Below are positions 1 to 11,935 of a DNA stretch of 64,000 nt, piece by piece. The notes under the pieces were generated by a model that searched no databases, was not told where the DNA came from, and saw nothing but the letters and a program-made list of their open reading frames with translations. The translations under genes and the position numbers were made by a program. Where the stretch lies: NCBI RefSeq assembly GCF_000143415.4, contig NW_003314298.1, positions 1,596,602 to 1,660,601 on the forward strand, written 5' to 3'. Source of the stretch: Selaginella moellendorffii (lineage: Eukaryota; Plantae; Lycopodiophyta). Numbering within the stretch: position 1 is the stretch's first letter; the number at the start of each line of letters is the position of its first letter.

Positions 1-349
1 AGTTATCAGATATCTGGATGGTCCGGGAGATCTTGCAACAGTCGAGCTCCAACAGGTAATCACCTTTTGCAAAGAAATTCCAAAGTTTTTGGTGAAGAGA
101 TTGACAACTAATGGAACTTTTGTTACTATATAGTTTGGGTCTTCTGCTTGGCAGCCGATGAGCCAAGTTTGGGGGGCAAACTGGTGCCTGAACGCAGGTG
201 GCGGCACGCCTTTGAGAGCTCCATTTTCGATTCGGCTCACGGCACTTCAAACCGGAGAGAAGATCATCGCCCACAATGTCATTCCTGCGAATTGGGCACC
301 CCAACACAGCTATTCCACTGGTGTCAACTTTGACACCCGCAACTATTGA
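1..349 (+). CDS. Beta-expansin, 3' part (5' end outside window); intron 56-133
   Basis: VIRYLDGPGDLATVELQQ|FGSSAWQPMSQVWGANW...PFSIRLT...VIPANW...YSTGVNF matches the expansin-B C-terminal (pollen allergen/CBM63) domain. Confidence 0.85.
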
Positions 350-1266
350 CGAGAGTACTCAGGGGCTTCTGTAGTGTGTGAAAAAATGCCACACTCGGGC
401 CAACGAAAATTCAAATCAAAGTTTGAAAAGAAGTGTCACTCGTTTCTCCAGATGCATGTTTCATGCCTATGTCATTCACAACAATGTAAGATCCATCTGG
501 AGATTCAAGATAACCATCTGAATCATCACCCGCACTTGGATAATCTGCAAAACTTGTGGATTATCAAGGCTTGTAGTGATCTAGCAACAGATTTTGAATA
601 TGATGCTTCCTTCATACACAGTGTGCCTGATCAAGATCCCGTGAGTAATCTCCATAGTACCGTAGTTTAGAATTGAGATGGGGCGGTGGCAAGAACATTA
701 AAAAGCCCCTCATCATCCTTGTGCCGAGCCTCTGGACAAGCCCCAGCGATGGAAAAAATGTATACAAGAGAAACTCCCCGAAAGGACTCATCGACGTTTC
801 GGAGACAATGAGGGTTATGGAGACCTTGCGGCCTTCGACTTCCATGCTATCTGCGAATGTTAGCCCAGCCGAATACATCTGGAACCTGGAGATGTTCTTG
901 ATGATTTTCACAATGCCTTAAGGATTTTTTCGGAATAGCCAGTGAAACACACGGTGAAGATTAGCTAGAGCAACAACAGTAGCAGTGGTTCTCATTGTCT
1001 TTTGATCCTAGACTTATACAAGAAGAGAGCCATTTTCTATACCTCTCTCTTTCTTAATGTCTTCCATTCCGCCGAGAAAGTCTGTTGCCAGTGTTGGATT
1101 ATAAAAGAAAAACGAGGGAGCTTATGGCAGCTGCCAAGTGGCATTTTATAACTGTGCCACGTGTAATAAAGACCTTGAACGCCACGTCAGAAGGTTGACC
1201 TTGTTTTTAAAAAATGTGAGTGAGCCCTAGCACAGGAAACACCACAGGGCGGCTTTTTGTCTAGCC

Positions 1267-3796
1267 ATGGCGAGCTTGGCACACCAATGCGCGTCTCGTC
1301 TCGATTGTAGATCCAGGATCGAGCGAATCGGCGCCCTTTCTAGCATCCCTGGAGCTAATCCAAGCAGGATCGCAAGAACCAGGGGGCGGATCTGTGGAGC
1401 GATCGCCAGCAGCGGCACCGGTGGCGCTTCCGCTGCCCTTATGGAGAAGCCGGCGCTGGAGATGGAGGCTAGCGCGCTGTGGGAGAGGTATGTGGAGTGG
1501 CTCTACCAGCACAAGGAGCTCGGCTTGTACGTGGATGTGAGCCGGATGGGATTTAGCGATGGCTTTGTCAAGGCGATGGAGGAGAGGTTTGCAAAGGCTT
1601 TCAAGGACATGGAGAAGCTCGAAGGCGGTGATATCTCCAATCCGGACGAGAAAAGAATGGTTGGCCACTACTGGCTGAGAAACTCCGAGCTTGCTCCAAG
1701 CTACTATCTGAAGAAGCAAATCGATGAGACGCTCGAGGGAGTGAAGGCTTTCGCTGGAGATGTTATCAGCGGTAAGGTAAAGCTTCTTTGATCGATCCAT
1801 CGATCGAGTTCTTTCGTACACGTTCTTCTAGTTCTCATACTGTGATCTTTACTTTGCGAGCAGATAAAGCCACCACCATGCCCAGCGGGAAAATTCACGC
1901 ATGTTTTGTCGATTGGAATTGGAGGCTCCGCGTTAGGACCTCAGTTTGTGGCCGAAGCCTTGGCACCTGATAATCCTCCTCTTGAGGTGATTAATTTGTA
2001 AAGCTCGGTTTTTTTTTTTCTTTTTTTTTTCTTTTTCTTTTTTTTTTTTGCTAGTGCTTGACTTTGTTTCGCTGCACAGATCAGGTTCATTGATAACACC
2101 GATCCTGCTGGTATTGATCACCAAATTTCTCAGCTCGGGGCCAAGTTATCGTCTACTTTAGTGATTGTTATCTCGAAGGTATAATAGATGTTTTTCCAGT
2201 TTAGAAGTTTCTTTCTTACTTTATTGCTTGTATTCTTCTTGCATACAGAGTGGTGGTACTCCAGAGACTCGCAATGGCTTGTTGGAAGTCCAGAAAGCTT
2301 TCCGGGAGAAGGGACTTGACTTTCCAAAGCAGGCTGTGGCGATCACTCAAGAAAAATCCTTGCTTGACACCACCGCTCGCAGTGAGGGCTGGCTTGCAAG
2401 GTTTCCAATGTTCGACTGGGTTGGAGGGAGAACCTCTGAATTATCAGCCGTGGGACTTCTTCCAGCTGCGCTTCAGGTGCGTGTTGAAGTTTAACTTGAT
2501 AGCGTGCTAGCGTGGTCGTTTCTTTTCAGGGCATCAACGTGGACGATATGCTTTATGGTGCGGCATTGATGGACAAGGCCACGAGAAAGCAATCGGTGAG
2601 CTCTTTTAGTATTTTCTCCATGCAAACTTATTTGTTTTTGTTTTGCTGTGTTTTAAGATTAAAGAGAACCCCGCTGCTTTGCTAGCACTTTGCTGGTATT
2701 GGGCCTCGAATGGTATTGGATCCAAAGACATGGTTGTTCTTCCCTACAAAGACAGCTTGCTCTTGTTTAGTCGCTACTTACAGCAGTTGGTGATGGAGTC
2801 TCTTGGCAAAGAACTCGACTTAGACGGGAATTTGGTACCTATAAAATCTCTCCTTTTTTTCTTCCTTCTTTCTGGTTGTGACAATTGTCTCCTGTGAAGG
2901 TAAATCAAGGATTAAGTGTGTACGGGAACAAAGGCAGCACAGATCAACACGCGTTAGTTTTTTCATTTTTTCTTAAAAGGAAGTTGACGCTTGATCTCTC
3001 TCAGATACATTCAACAGCTTAGAGAGGGTGTTTCAAATTTTTTTGCAACTTTTATAGAGGTTCTTCGGGACAGACCTCCGGGCCATGACTGGGAGCTTGA
3101 GCCTGGCGTAACTTGTGGTGACTACCTGTTTGGTATGCTTCAGGTAAGAGTATTTCCTCATGAAAATCTTCTCAGCTGATAGCTTTGGAGCATTTTCAGG
3201 GGACCAGATCCGCTCTTTATGCAAACAAGAGGGAATCCATCACAGTAACTGTCCAAGAAGTCAATGCTCGGACTATCGGTGCGCTGATAGCGCTGTATGA
3301 ACGAGCAGTCGGCCTCTATGCGAGCTTGGTAAACATTAACGCGTATCATCAACCAGGTAAGGTTTCTTCTGGGCGAATTGATCAAATCAGTGTGTGCCGC
3401 AGGCGTCGAGGCAGGAAAGAAAGCAGCGGCAGACGTATTGGCCTTGCAAAAGAGAGTTCTTGCGGTTTTAAACGAGGCCAGGTTTGCAATGAAGGAAATC
3501 TTCTGTTTGGCAGACTTTATTAATGCTTTCTTGCTTGCAGCTGCAAGGAACCAGCCGAGCCACTTGCAGTAGAAACTATTGCACAGTTATGCCAAGCTCC
3601 AAACCAGGTAAAAAATCTCTTTTTTTTTCCTCTTGCATAGGCAAACAAGGTACTCCCACAGGTTGAAATGATTTACAAGATTGTGTTGCATATGGCTGCG
3701 AACGATAGAGCCTTGTTTGCCGAGGGCAGCCGCGGCTCGCCCAGGAGCTTGAAAGTCTACACTGGAGAGTGCAATGTGGAGGAGCTATACGACTAG
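1267..3796 (+). CDS. PGI1: Plastid glucose-6-phosphate isomerase (multi-exon)
   Basis: Transit-peptide-like N-terminus; [62 protein letters not shown]; C-terminus [10 protein letters not shown]. Confidence 0.95.
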
Positions 3797-4060
3797 AAGA
3801 TTAGAACAAACGGAGAACACTGAAATAAGATACTCGCGACAGGGAGAATAAGCTCTACGAGCTACGTAGACTACATTTTTTTTTTCGTATCGACACAGAA
3901 CAACACTCTAAAACAGCGATCTCGACCATTCAAACAAAAGGTCGAAGATACCATGTAAATAAATACTTTGACACTGATTTCAATCTTCTCTCGAAAACAA
4001 ACGATAAAACGAATCAAGTTTTTCGCTGGATATCATTCTTAACATTACCATAATGAAAAT

Positions 4061-4132
4061 GGAGGTATGGCTCAGTGGTAGAGCAATCGGCTGCAGTCCG
4101 ATAGGTCACCAGTTCGATCCTGGTTGCCTCCT
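4061..4132 (+). tRNA. tRNA-Cys (GCA)
   Basis: Cloverleaf: acceptor GGAGGTA/TGCCTCC, D-arm GCTC-AGTGGTA-GAGC, anticodon stem ATCGG-CT GCA GT-CCGAT, T-arm ACCAG-TTCGATC-CTGGT, U73 discriminator typical of tRNA-Cys. Confidence 0.93.
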
Positions 4133-4322
4133 CTTCCAGTTTGAAATCCAACAAAATTTAGAGATATATGTAACTTCTCGGTTGGTGGTATTAGCTACAA
4201 TTTGACAAATCATTTTTTGAAACTCAGCTCTATGGTTCATGCTTTAGAAAGACCCTTCAAGGACCATGTAGATAGATCTTCTTCACATGAAATATAAATG
4301 GTTGAACACCTTTGCTGTGATC

Positions 4323-5234
4323 CTATGCTTCGTCTTCCTCTTCCAGCACATAAGTTGGCGATTGGGCCCGGATTTGCGAGCCGGGAACCGTCTCACTCAA
4401 CTGGAACGATCCCGCAACTGGTTGATCGCTACTTCCCAGCTGCTGGTACCTCGAGATTTGCGAAGAGTCGCCGCCACCGCCAGCCTTGTGGAAGAACGCA
4501 TAAGTTGGCAGCACCACCGCGAGGATCATGGCCAGATGCAAGTTAAACTGGAGGGTCGCGATCGCCTTGCCTCTGTGCAATGCCATCATCCCTTTGCAGT
4601 GAACTGCGTAGTCGCCCTCACCGTTTTGATCCAGCCAGCACCCCTGAGACATCCCCCTGGACGAGAAGATCGAGCTGGCCATCTGGAAGAACCAAGTCCC
4701 CTGGAGGATCAATCCCAAGTTCTGGATGAAACGCAGCAGCTCACTGCGGGGGTAGCAAATCCTGAGAAGCGTCGACACCAAACACACGCCGATCGGGACG
4801 AGGAGGAGCCGATGGTACTGCCCCTGGACGCCGCTGCCATCGTCTTCCTTGAGATAGAAGAGGAAGAACTCCAATCCAAATGCCGTCACTGCGAGGAGCC
4901 GCAAAATCTCTTTTGGGAGCGGCAAAATCCTGGTCTTCTCCTTGAGGATCGCGGCGAGGGAGTAGACGAGGAACATAGAGGCCGTGCCCGAGGATTCCAG
5001 CGCCATGGCCGACGCCACCGGGTAGCCGCGCCGCCAGTCCCGGTGAGACGCGAGAAAGCTCCCTAGAATGTGGAGCGAGGCCAGGAACGCGACGAAGAGC
5101 GATTGGAGGTCGCAATGCCGGATCGATCTGTGCTGCTGCTTACCGGGATCCACTGGAGTGGAATTGGCGACCAGGCGCCATAGGCCGATCCCTAGGAAGC
5201 CCGCTCCCGTCGCAGCCATGCCCTCCCATCCCAT
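4323..5234 (-). CDS. DUF716/TMEM45-family membrane protein (intact copy, single exon)
   Basis: 303 aa multi-TM ORF with GAGFLGIGLW start, EFFLF, YH, LQGTWFFQM and ATLQF motifs typical of DUF716. Confidence 0.8.
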   Translation of the reverse strand: MGWEGMAATGAGFLGIGLWRLVANSTPVDPGKQQHRSIRHCDLQSLFVAFLASLHILGSFLASHRDWRRGYPVASAMALESSGTASMFLVYSLAAILKEKTRILPLPKEILRLLAVTAFGLEFFLFYLKEDDGSGVQGQYHRLLLVPIGVCLVSTLLRICYPRSELLRFIQNLGLILQGTWFFQMASSIFSSRGMSQGCWLDQNGEGDYAVHCKGMMALHRGKAIATLQFNLHLAMILAVVLPTYAFFHKAGGGGDSSQISRYQQLGSSDQPVAGSFQLSETVPGSQIRAQSPTYVLEEEDEA

Positions 5235-5759
5235 AGCTCGAAGTTTTTGACCTAAATAAAATTTCAGTTTGTTATTAATATTTTTATTTGCTATACTATA
5301 TCCCTTTATTGTTAAAACTTATACAAAGTAAGAAAAACGTATCTTTGGTAGTTTCAAATTGTGTGTGCTAGTGGAAAGGGGCGCTAGCAATCCACTAGAA
5401 CGATTGATTGATGCATGGCTTGGAGAGTGGGGACCTTTTTCCAAATTTGATGGGCTTTTTTGTCCAGTCACTGTTCTTTCTTTTTGTTTTCTTATAGAGA
5501 ATTCTTTTTTTTTTTGTTTTATAAAATTATCAGGCCTTTTTACAGGCTTAAGATTGAGATTATTAATGGAAAACCACTTTAGCTATACACGAGAATTTGT
5601 CCTAGAACACTTAAACTTTCAGAGTGACCCCAGAGTGTTCTTGGGGCCAGCTGATCTTCCGCAAGGTTGTGGAAGTCATCGCAGATCTCCTCGCGACTGG
5701 AGATGTCTGCAGATGTAACTACAACATCATTCTCTGAATTGGGTCTTGAGAGGAGACAG

Positions 5760-5960
5760 TTAATATTCAAATGTGCAGATATGCTTTGATTCTGCCGCGA
5801 GAGTCACTTCTTGCCATGTGATGGAAGCATAAAAGTCAAGCCAAGGGGAAAAATGAGGATTCTTTCTACCCCCACCGTATCCGTCAAAACTCTGGCTCGA
5901 ACACAAGATTAAAGACAGCAAACAAAAGAGCAAGGTGAAAACCAAAACCCGAGATTCCAT
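5760..5960 (-). CDS. Small ORF with signal-peptide-like N-terminus (copy 1; structure uncertain)
   Basis: MESRVLVFTLLFCLLSLILCSSQS; N-terminus conserved in the second copy starting at ~12612; head-to-head with NPF. Confidence 0.35.
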   Translation of the reverse strand: MESRVLVFTLLFCLLSLILCSSQSFDGYGGGRKNPHFSPWLDFYASITWQEVTLAAESKHICTFEY

Positions 5961-6039
5961 AAACTTTTTTCTCGAGTTTTTTTTAAAGAAGTTTAATCCC
6001 GCGATACTCTTCTCGGACGTTCAGACCTAGCAATCAAAA

Positions 6040-6047
6040 TGACGTCA
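6040..6047. promoter_or_regulatory. Palindromic TGACGTCA (bZIP C-box) upstream of NPF; also kept at 12719-12726
   Basis: Exact palindrome retained in both duplicated copies, ~130 bp upstream of the NPF ATG. Confidence 0.4.
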
Positions 6048-6172
6048 TCTTCATGGCCTCGTCTCTCTTTTAAGTAAGCGAAACAAACAAAGCGGCTTTG
6101 GGGGAGATTTTTACTCTGTTCGCGTGTGAATCCTCAGCGAGCGAGCGCGGGAACAGCGATTGATCAGACTCC

Positions 6173-8211
6173 ATGGCGTTCACTGCTCGAGCTTGGAGAG
6201 TGGCACCCTTCATCTTTGGTACCAAATTGATGCTTGGATAGATTTTGGGTCTTTTCCTTTCCTCTAGCCTCTTGAATGTGGACTCTCCACGGTCTTGATC
6301 ATTGTTACATTCTTCTTCTCATGGTTTTGATACATCGTCTTGATTTGTGATTTGATTTCTTCTTTTGCAGCGGTGGTGACGCTCGAATCTGCCGCTTCTT
6401 TGTCAATTGGGATCAATCTCTTCACGTTTGCATTCAACACGGAGCATTTCAGCCTCGCCACTGCTGCCAACATTGTGACCAACTTCATGGGAACGATGTT
6501 TCTCCTCACGCTCCTTGGAGGGCTTGTGGCAGATCTCTGGTGGAGTCGGTTCAAGACTATCGTCGTCTCTGGCGTCCTGGAAGTCCTGGTAAAGATCTCT
6601 CTCTTATCTCCATTTCTCGGATTTCCAAAACAAAAATACATAGTACCTACTTGATGACGATGCCGATTTTCTGCGCAGGGGATTCTTCTCGTGGCGCTCG
6701 TAGCATCTATAGAATCTCTCACTCCACCCGAGTGCCAGCTTCTAGATGCTTCCTGCAACAGCGCAACCTCTTCCCAAAAGGCTGTGTTCTTCGGAGGACT
6801 CTACCTTCTAGCACTTGGAGCCGGAGGTGTCAAAGCCAACATCGCGACCATGGGAGCAGTCCACTTCGACGAGAACTCGCCTGTGGAGAAGAAAGAACTG
6901 GGGACGTACTTCAACACGTACTTCATCCTTTTCTGCATCGGAGCGCTCATCGCGATCACGGCACTCGTCTACACGCAAGAAAACGTCTCCTTCGAAGTTG
7001 GCTATCTCATCGCGCTTGGATGCATGGTATTGGGCGTGATCGTCGCTGCCGCTGGCTATCCACTCTACCAACACAACTCACCCATAAACGGAACCCAAAG
7101 TCCAGTCACAAGCTTCGCCCAAGTTGTTGTGGCCGCGTTTAAGAACCGCAAGCTTCAAATTTTGTCCCCGGAAGTTCTCCATCAGGGTCCTCTCGATGAC
7201 TCAAAGATGGGCTACAGGATCGAGCACACGGACCAGTTCACGTAAGATTTTGAGATTCGCTTCGATATAGTGATCAATCGTCTTTGTAACCATGGCAGCT
7301 TCTTGGATCGAGCAGCCATCGTCGACTATAACTCTCCCCCGACCGCACAAACCAGCCCCTGGAAGCTGTGCACGGTGACACAAGTCGAGGAGGTGAAGCT
7401 CATCCTACGAATCCTCCCGATCTTCGCGAGCACCATCGTTTTGAACTGCGTCATCGCTCAAGTCCAGACAGTAACTCTCCAGCAAGGCCGGACGATGGAT
7501 CGAAGGATCACCAAGAGCTTCGAGATACCTCCGGCGTCGGTGGCAGCGCTCCCGGTCGTGTTCATGATCATAGCTCTCCCAATCTACGACCGGATCTTCG
7601 TGCCAATCGCGCGGCGAGCCACGGGTCACGAGAGCGGGATCACGTACTTGCAAAGGATCTCCGTGGGCTTGCTTCTGGCGATCGCGAGTATGGTGGTGGC
7701 GGCGCTGGTGGAGAAGAAGCGGATCCGCGTCGCTCGGGAGTTTGGGCTCCTCGATTCGCCCACCGCGAGGGTGCCGCTCAAGATCTACTGGATCATGATC
7801 CAGTACTTCATCATTGGGCTGGCGGACATGTTCACATTCGTGGGTCTCATGGAGTTTTTCTACCGCGAGGCCCCCGAGAGAGTTCGCAACATGTCCACGG
7901 CGCTGACCTTTGTCTCGCTCTCCCTGGGCTACTTCTTGAGCTCCACCATTGTGGACATTGTGAAGAGCGTTACTACAAAAGGTGGCGGGCTCGGGTGGCT
8001 GCCAAGCAATATCAATAAGGGTAACATCAGCAACTTCTACCTGCTGCTTGCAAGCATCAGCGCCGTCAACTTCGTGGTGTATGTGGCCTGTGCGAGGTGG
8101 TACAGGTATAGAAATCACGGTGATGTTGATTTGACATTGGATCGTGATGTTGAGTTACCATCAAAAGTTACGGATATTGGTAGTGTGAGCAAGAGGCCCT
8201 TGATGGCCTAG
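6173..8211 (+). CDS. NRT1/PTR family (NPF) transporter, copy 1 (4 exons)
   Basis: NIVTNFMGT, GGLVAD, LYLLALGAGGVK, FLDRAA, WKLCTVTQVEEVK, QQGRTMDR, LQRISVG, EFFYREAPE motifs; GT-AG introns. Confidence 0.95.
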
Positions 8212-8409
8212 ACAATATTTCAAAATAAATCTTGAACACCAGCTACTGAAGAAATGTCCATAATGTTCATACAGATTCTTACATAAAATTCACCACCTAA
8301 TAACTCTTCGCAGTTTACAAGACATTTATTTTGGTGTCTCAATGACTTGAGAAAAGTTAGTAAAAGGTATAACTCAAGAACTCCAAAAAAAAAAAAACAG
8401 GTGAAACTT

Positions 8410-10575
8410 TATGCTGATGTAAAGAAGGCGACCATTTTCTCATGTCCTCTGTCATGATAAGCACCGTGTCCTCCTCGTTGACCTCGCCCTTCAAAATCCC
8501 TTTAGCCAGCTCACTGGATAGTTAGGATCATATCCAAGCTTGGCAAACACCTGAACCGTATCGTCCGTGATCTTCAAAGAGATCTTGCGGTGTTGGACGT
8601 TTTGCAGCTAGAGAAAAAAAGCCAAAGATCATAAACTGCCTGATCGCGAAAACGCAACTTACCTGGAGCTTGACGATTTCTTGGATCTACTCCACGTCCA
8701 GGGGCTGGAACACGATGAACTCGTCCACCCTGTTCCTGGCCGGAAGGTGGAGCGAGCCACTTCCATCACCGTCTGATATGCCGCGTTCTTGTCGCCCGAT
8801 GATTTGAGAGCGTCCAGGATGTGCTGCGAGCCGAGGTTGACCACGGTGTTGGCGAAGTTCACCGTCCGGCCCTGGGAGTCCGTCACGTGGCCATCGTCGA
8901 GTATCTGGAGGAAGATGTTGAAGACGTCCGCAGCCTTTTCGATCTCGTCGAAGAGAACCACCGAGTAAGGCCGCCGGCGGACGCTCTCGGTCAGCTGCCC
9001 AGCCTTCCTCGTATCCCACGTATCCTGGAGGAGCGCCAATGAGCCGGAACACGGCGTGCTTCTCCATGCACTCATGTCGAATCTCAGCAGCGCTTTGTCC
9101 GTGTCGAACAGGTATTCGGCTAGAGCTTTGGCCAGCTCCGTTTCCCCGACTCCGGTCGGCCCCATGAACATGAAGCTGGCGATAGGACGGTTTGGATCCG
9201 CGAGTCCAGCTCTGGAACGGCGGATAGCGTCGGCCACGGCTTGCACTGCGGGGTCTTGGCCGAAAAAGCGCTTATGTAAGTGTTCGTCGAGGTGGAGCAG
9301 CTTCTCCATCTCGGACTAGAGCAGCCTTGAGACGGGAATCTTTGTCCACTTGCTGACTATCTCAGCACTTTCCAGAGCTGCATCCTTCTCAAGGTACTTG
9401 CGATATTCCTTTATTGTCGTGGCACCAATGCACCTCAGTTCACCATGGCCCAGCATTGGCTTCAGCAAGTTTCCAACATCCATCGCTCCCGACGTGGCAC
9501 CTGTAAAAACAAGTACCGTGCTTGCAGTCGAAAATGCAAAATCCCACACACAAAGTACTTGCCCCGACGACCATGTGGATTTCATCAATGAAAAGCACAA
9601 TGTACCCCTCTGACTCCTTCACTTCTTTTAGAACAGCTTTTAATCGATCTTCAAATTCTCCTTGAAACTTCGCTCCTGCGATCAAGGCTCCCAAGTCCAA
9701 TGATATCAGCTGCATTTTTAATGGTAAGGTGTTGCAATAGCACTCGCGTAAAACATACCTTCCGGTTGGCAAGGGCCTCGGGCACGTCTCCTTGAACTAT
9801 ACGCTGAGCAAGTCTATGCAAGATAATCAAGTCAGCAGAAGCCAGTCATTTCCATACCCTTCGGCTATAGCAACACGAGGCTCTCTAATCACGACAGGAT
9901 TGTTCTTGGTTCGCCGGCACACAAGATTTGAATGCACCGTCGAATTTCGTCATCACGACCGATGACCGGATCAAGTTTTCCTTGGCGGGCCATCTCCGTC
10001 AAATCCACTCCAAATTTCTCGAGTGCTTCATACTTGTTTTCAGGGGCTGGGTCGAGAAAACAAACAACGAGACTGTTGAGAATTTTGACAAAGAAAACAG
10101 CGAACCTTGATCAGTAACCGTCTGTGTCCCTCGAATGGCAGTGATCGCATGTTTAGTAGCCTTGGCATTGAGACCGAACTGCCCAAACAACTCCTTCCCG
10201 ATACGAATGTCTTCCGCGGGTGACAAATGTTCGATTGACGTATAATTATCTCCAAAGTCCTTCATGTGACCCTTGGCTCGATTGAGTAAACTGTCGAGGC
10301 TCTGGCCAAGCATAGCACCAGATATGTTTCCCGTCACCTAGAAGAACACGCGCACAATCAGAATGTCTCAATAGAAAAAAAAAACACTTTTCACCTTAGG
10401 CTGGCGCTCGATGTATCGCTCAGTTGCTTGCAAAAGAGCCGAGTTATCAATCCCAGCCTTGGTAAAAATAATCCGTGCAAGACCATTTTTTTTCTCCAGC
10501 AAATCCTTTAGAAGATGCTCGGTTTCTACAACCTGTTGTCTGTTTGATTGTGCCAGTTCCACGGCGGAAACCATA
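8410..10575 (-). pseudogene. ClpB/Hsp100 pseudogene (5'-truncated, ~770 bp internal deletion, frameshifts, Walker A GKT->GET)
   Basis: Close paralogue of 15060-18130 with many small deletions and a premature stop; lacks exon 1 and promoter. Confidence 0.92.
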
Positions 10576-10643
10576 CCTTGCCTTGTTTAGAAAAAGAATC
10601 AAGTTTCTCGCTGAATATCATTCTTAACATTACTAATGAAAAT

Positions 10644-10715
10644 GGAGGTATGGCTCAGTGGTAGAGCAATCGGCTGCAGTCCCATAGGTCACTAGTTCGA
10701 TCCTGGTTGCCTCCT
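10644..10715 (+). tRNA. tRNA-Cys (GCA) duplicate, probably impaired
   Basis: Same as 4061-4132 except anticodon stem CCGAT->CCCAT (C:C mismatch) and T-stem ACCAG->ACTAG (G:U). Confidence 0.75.
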
Positions 10716-10922
10716 CTTCCAGTTTGAAACTCAACAAAATTTACAGATACGCCTTCTCAAAGTTGGCGAGGTTGGTGGTATTAGCTACAATTTGACAAAT
10801 CATTTTTTGAAACTCAGCTCTGAATCCATTTGTGGTTCATGCTTTAGAAAGACCCTTCAAGGACCATGTAGATAGATCTTCTTCACAAGAAAAGTAAATG
10901 GTTGAATACCTTTGCTGTGATC

Positions 10923-11718
10923 CTATGCTTCGTCTTCCTCTTCCAGCACATAAGTTGGCCATTGCGTCCGGATTTGCAAGCCGGGAACCGTCTCACTCAA
11001 CTGGAACGATCCCGCAACTGGTTGATCGCTACTTCCCAGCTGCTGGTACCTCGAGATTTGCGAAGAGTCGCCCCCGCCAGCTTTGTGGAAGAACGCATAA
11101 GTTCATGGCCAGATGCAAGTTAAACTGGAGCGTCGCGATCGCCTTGCCTCTGTGCAATGCCATCGTCCCTTTGCAGTGAACTGCGTAGTCGCCCTCGCCG
11201 TTTTGATCCAGCCAGCACCCCTGAGACATCCCCCTGGACGAGAAGATCGAGCTGGCCATCTGGAAGAACCAAATTCCCTGGAGGATCAATCCCAAGCTCT
11301 GAATAAAACGCAGCAGCTCACTGCGGGTGTAGCAAATCCTGAGAAGCGTCAACAGCAAACACACGCCGATCGGAACGAGGAGGAGCCGATGGTACTGCCC
11401 CTGGACGCCGGTGCCATCGTCTTCCTTGAGATAGAAAGAGGAAGAACTCCAATCCAAATGCCGTCACTGCGAGGAGCGGCAAAATCTCTTTTGGGAGCGG
11501 CAAAATCCTGGTCTTCTCCTTGAGGATCGCGGCGAGCAAGTAGACGAGGAACATAGAGCGCCATGGCCGACGCCAGTCCCGGTGGGACGCGAGAAAGCTC
11601 CCTAGAATGTGGAACGCCAGGAACGCGACGAAGGAGGTTGCAATGCCGGATCGATCTGTGCTTACCGGGATCCACTGGAGTGGGATTGGCCATAGGCCGA
11701 TCATGCCCTCCCATCCAT
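10923..11718 (-). pseudogene. DUF716/TMEM45 pseudogene (copy 2)
   Basis: Homologous to 4323-5234, but multiple deletions and frameshifts split it over several ORFs. Confidence 0.88.
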
Positions 11719-11779
11719 AGCTCGATATTAATATTATTTGTTATAATATACCCTTTATTGTTAAAACTTATACAAATCT

Positions 11780-11935
11780 AATGCGTAGTAACGTAATTAT
11801 TTTAATTTATTAATTTAATTGAGGAGCTTATTTATAATTTATAACACAAGATTATTATAAATTTTAAATACAAAATTAATCTAACCGATAAATGGTAAAA
11901 TATCTCAGAATATCCAAGCATACTCACATATCATT
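11780..11935. mobile_element. Fragment of the AT-rich foldback/MITE family, present in unit 2 only
   Basis: Absent at the matching position in unit 1; shares ttataatttataacacaagatt and agaatatccaagcata with 19131-19575 and 20392-20655. Confidence 0.55.

Noticed and set aside
612-995. Minus-strand ORF with an upstream ATG (MRTTATVVALA...) and intron-like tracts
   Set aside because: No canonical donors give a continuous frame and no family was recognised; at most a decayed gene.
4133-4218. Long 3' trailer of tRNA-Cys before the first T-run, as a possible tRNA-snoRNA dicistron
   Set aside because: No C/D or H/ACA boxes found, and the trailer differs between the two copies.
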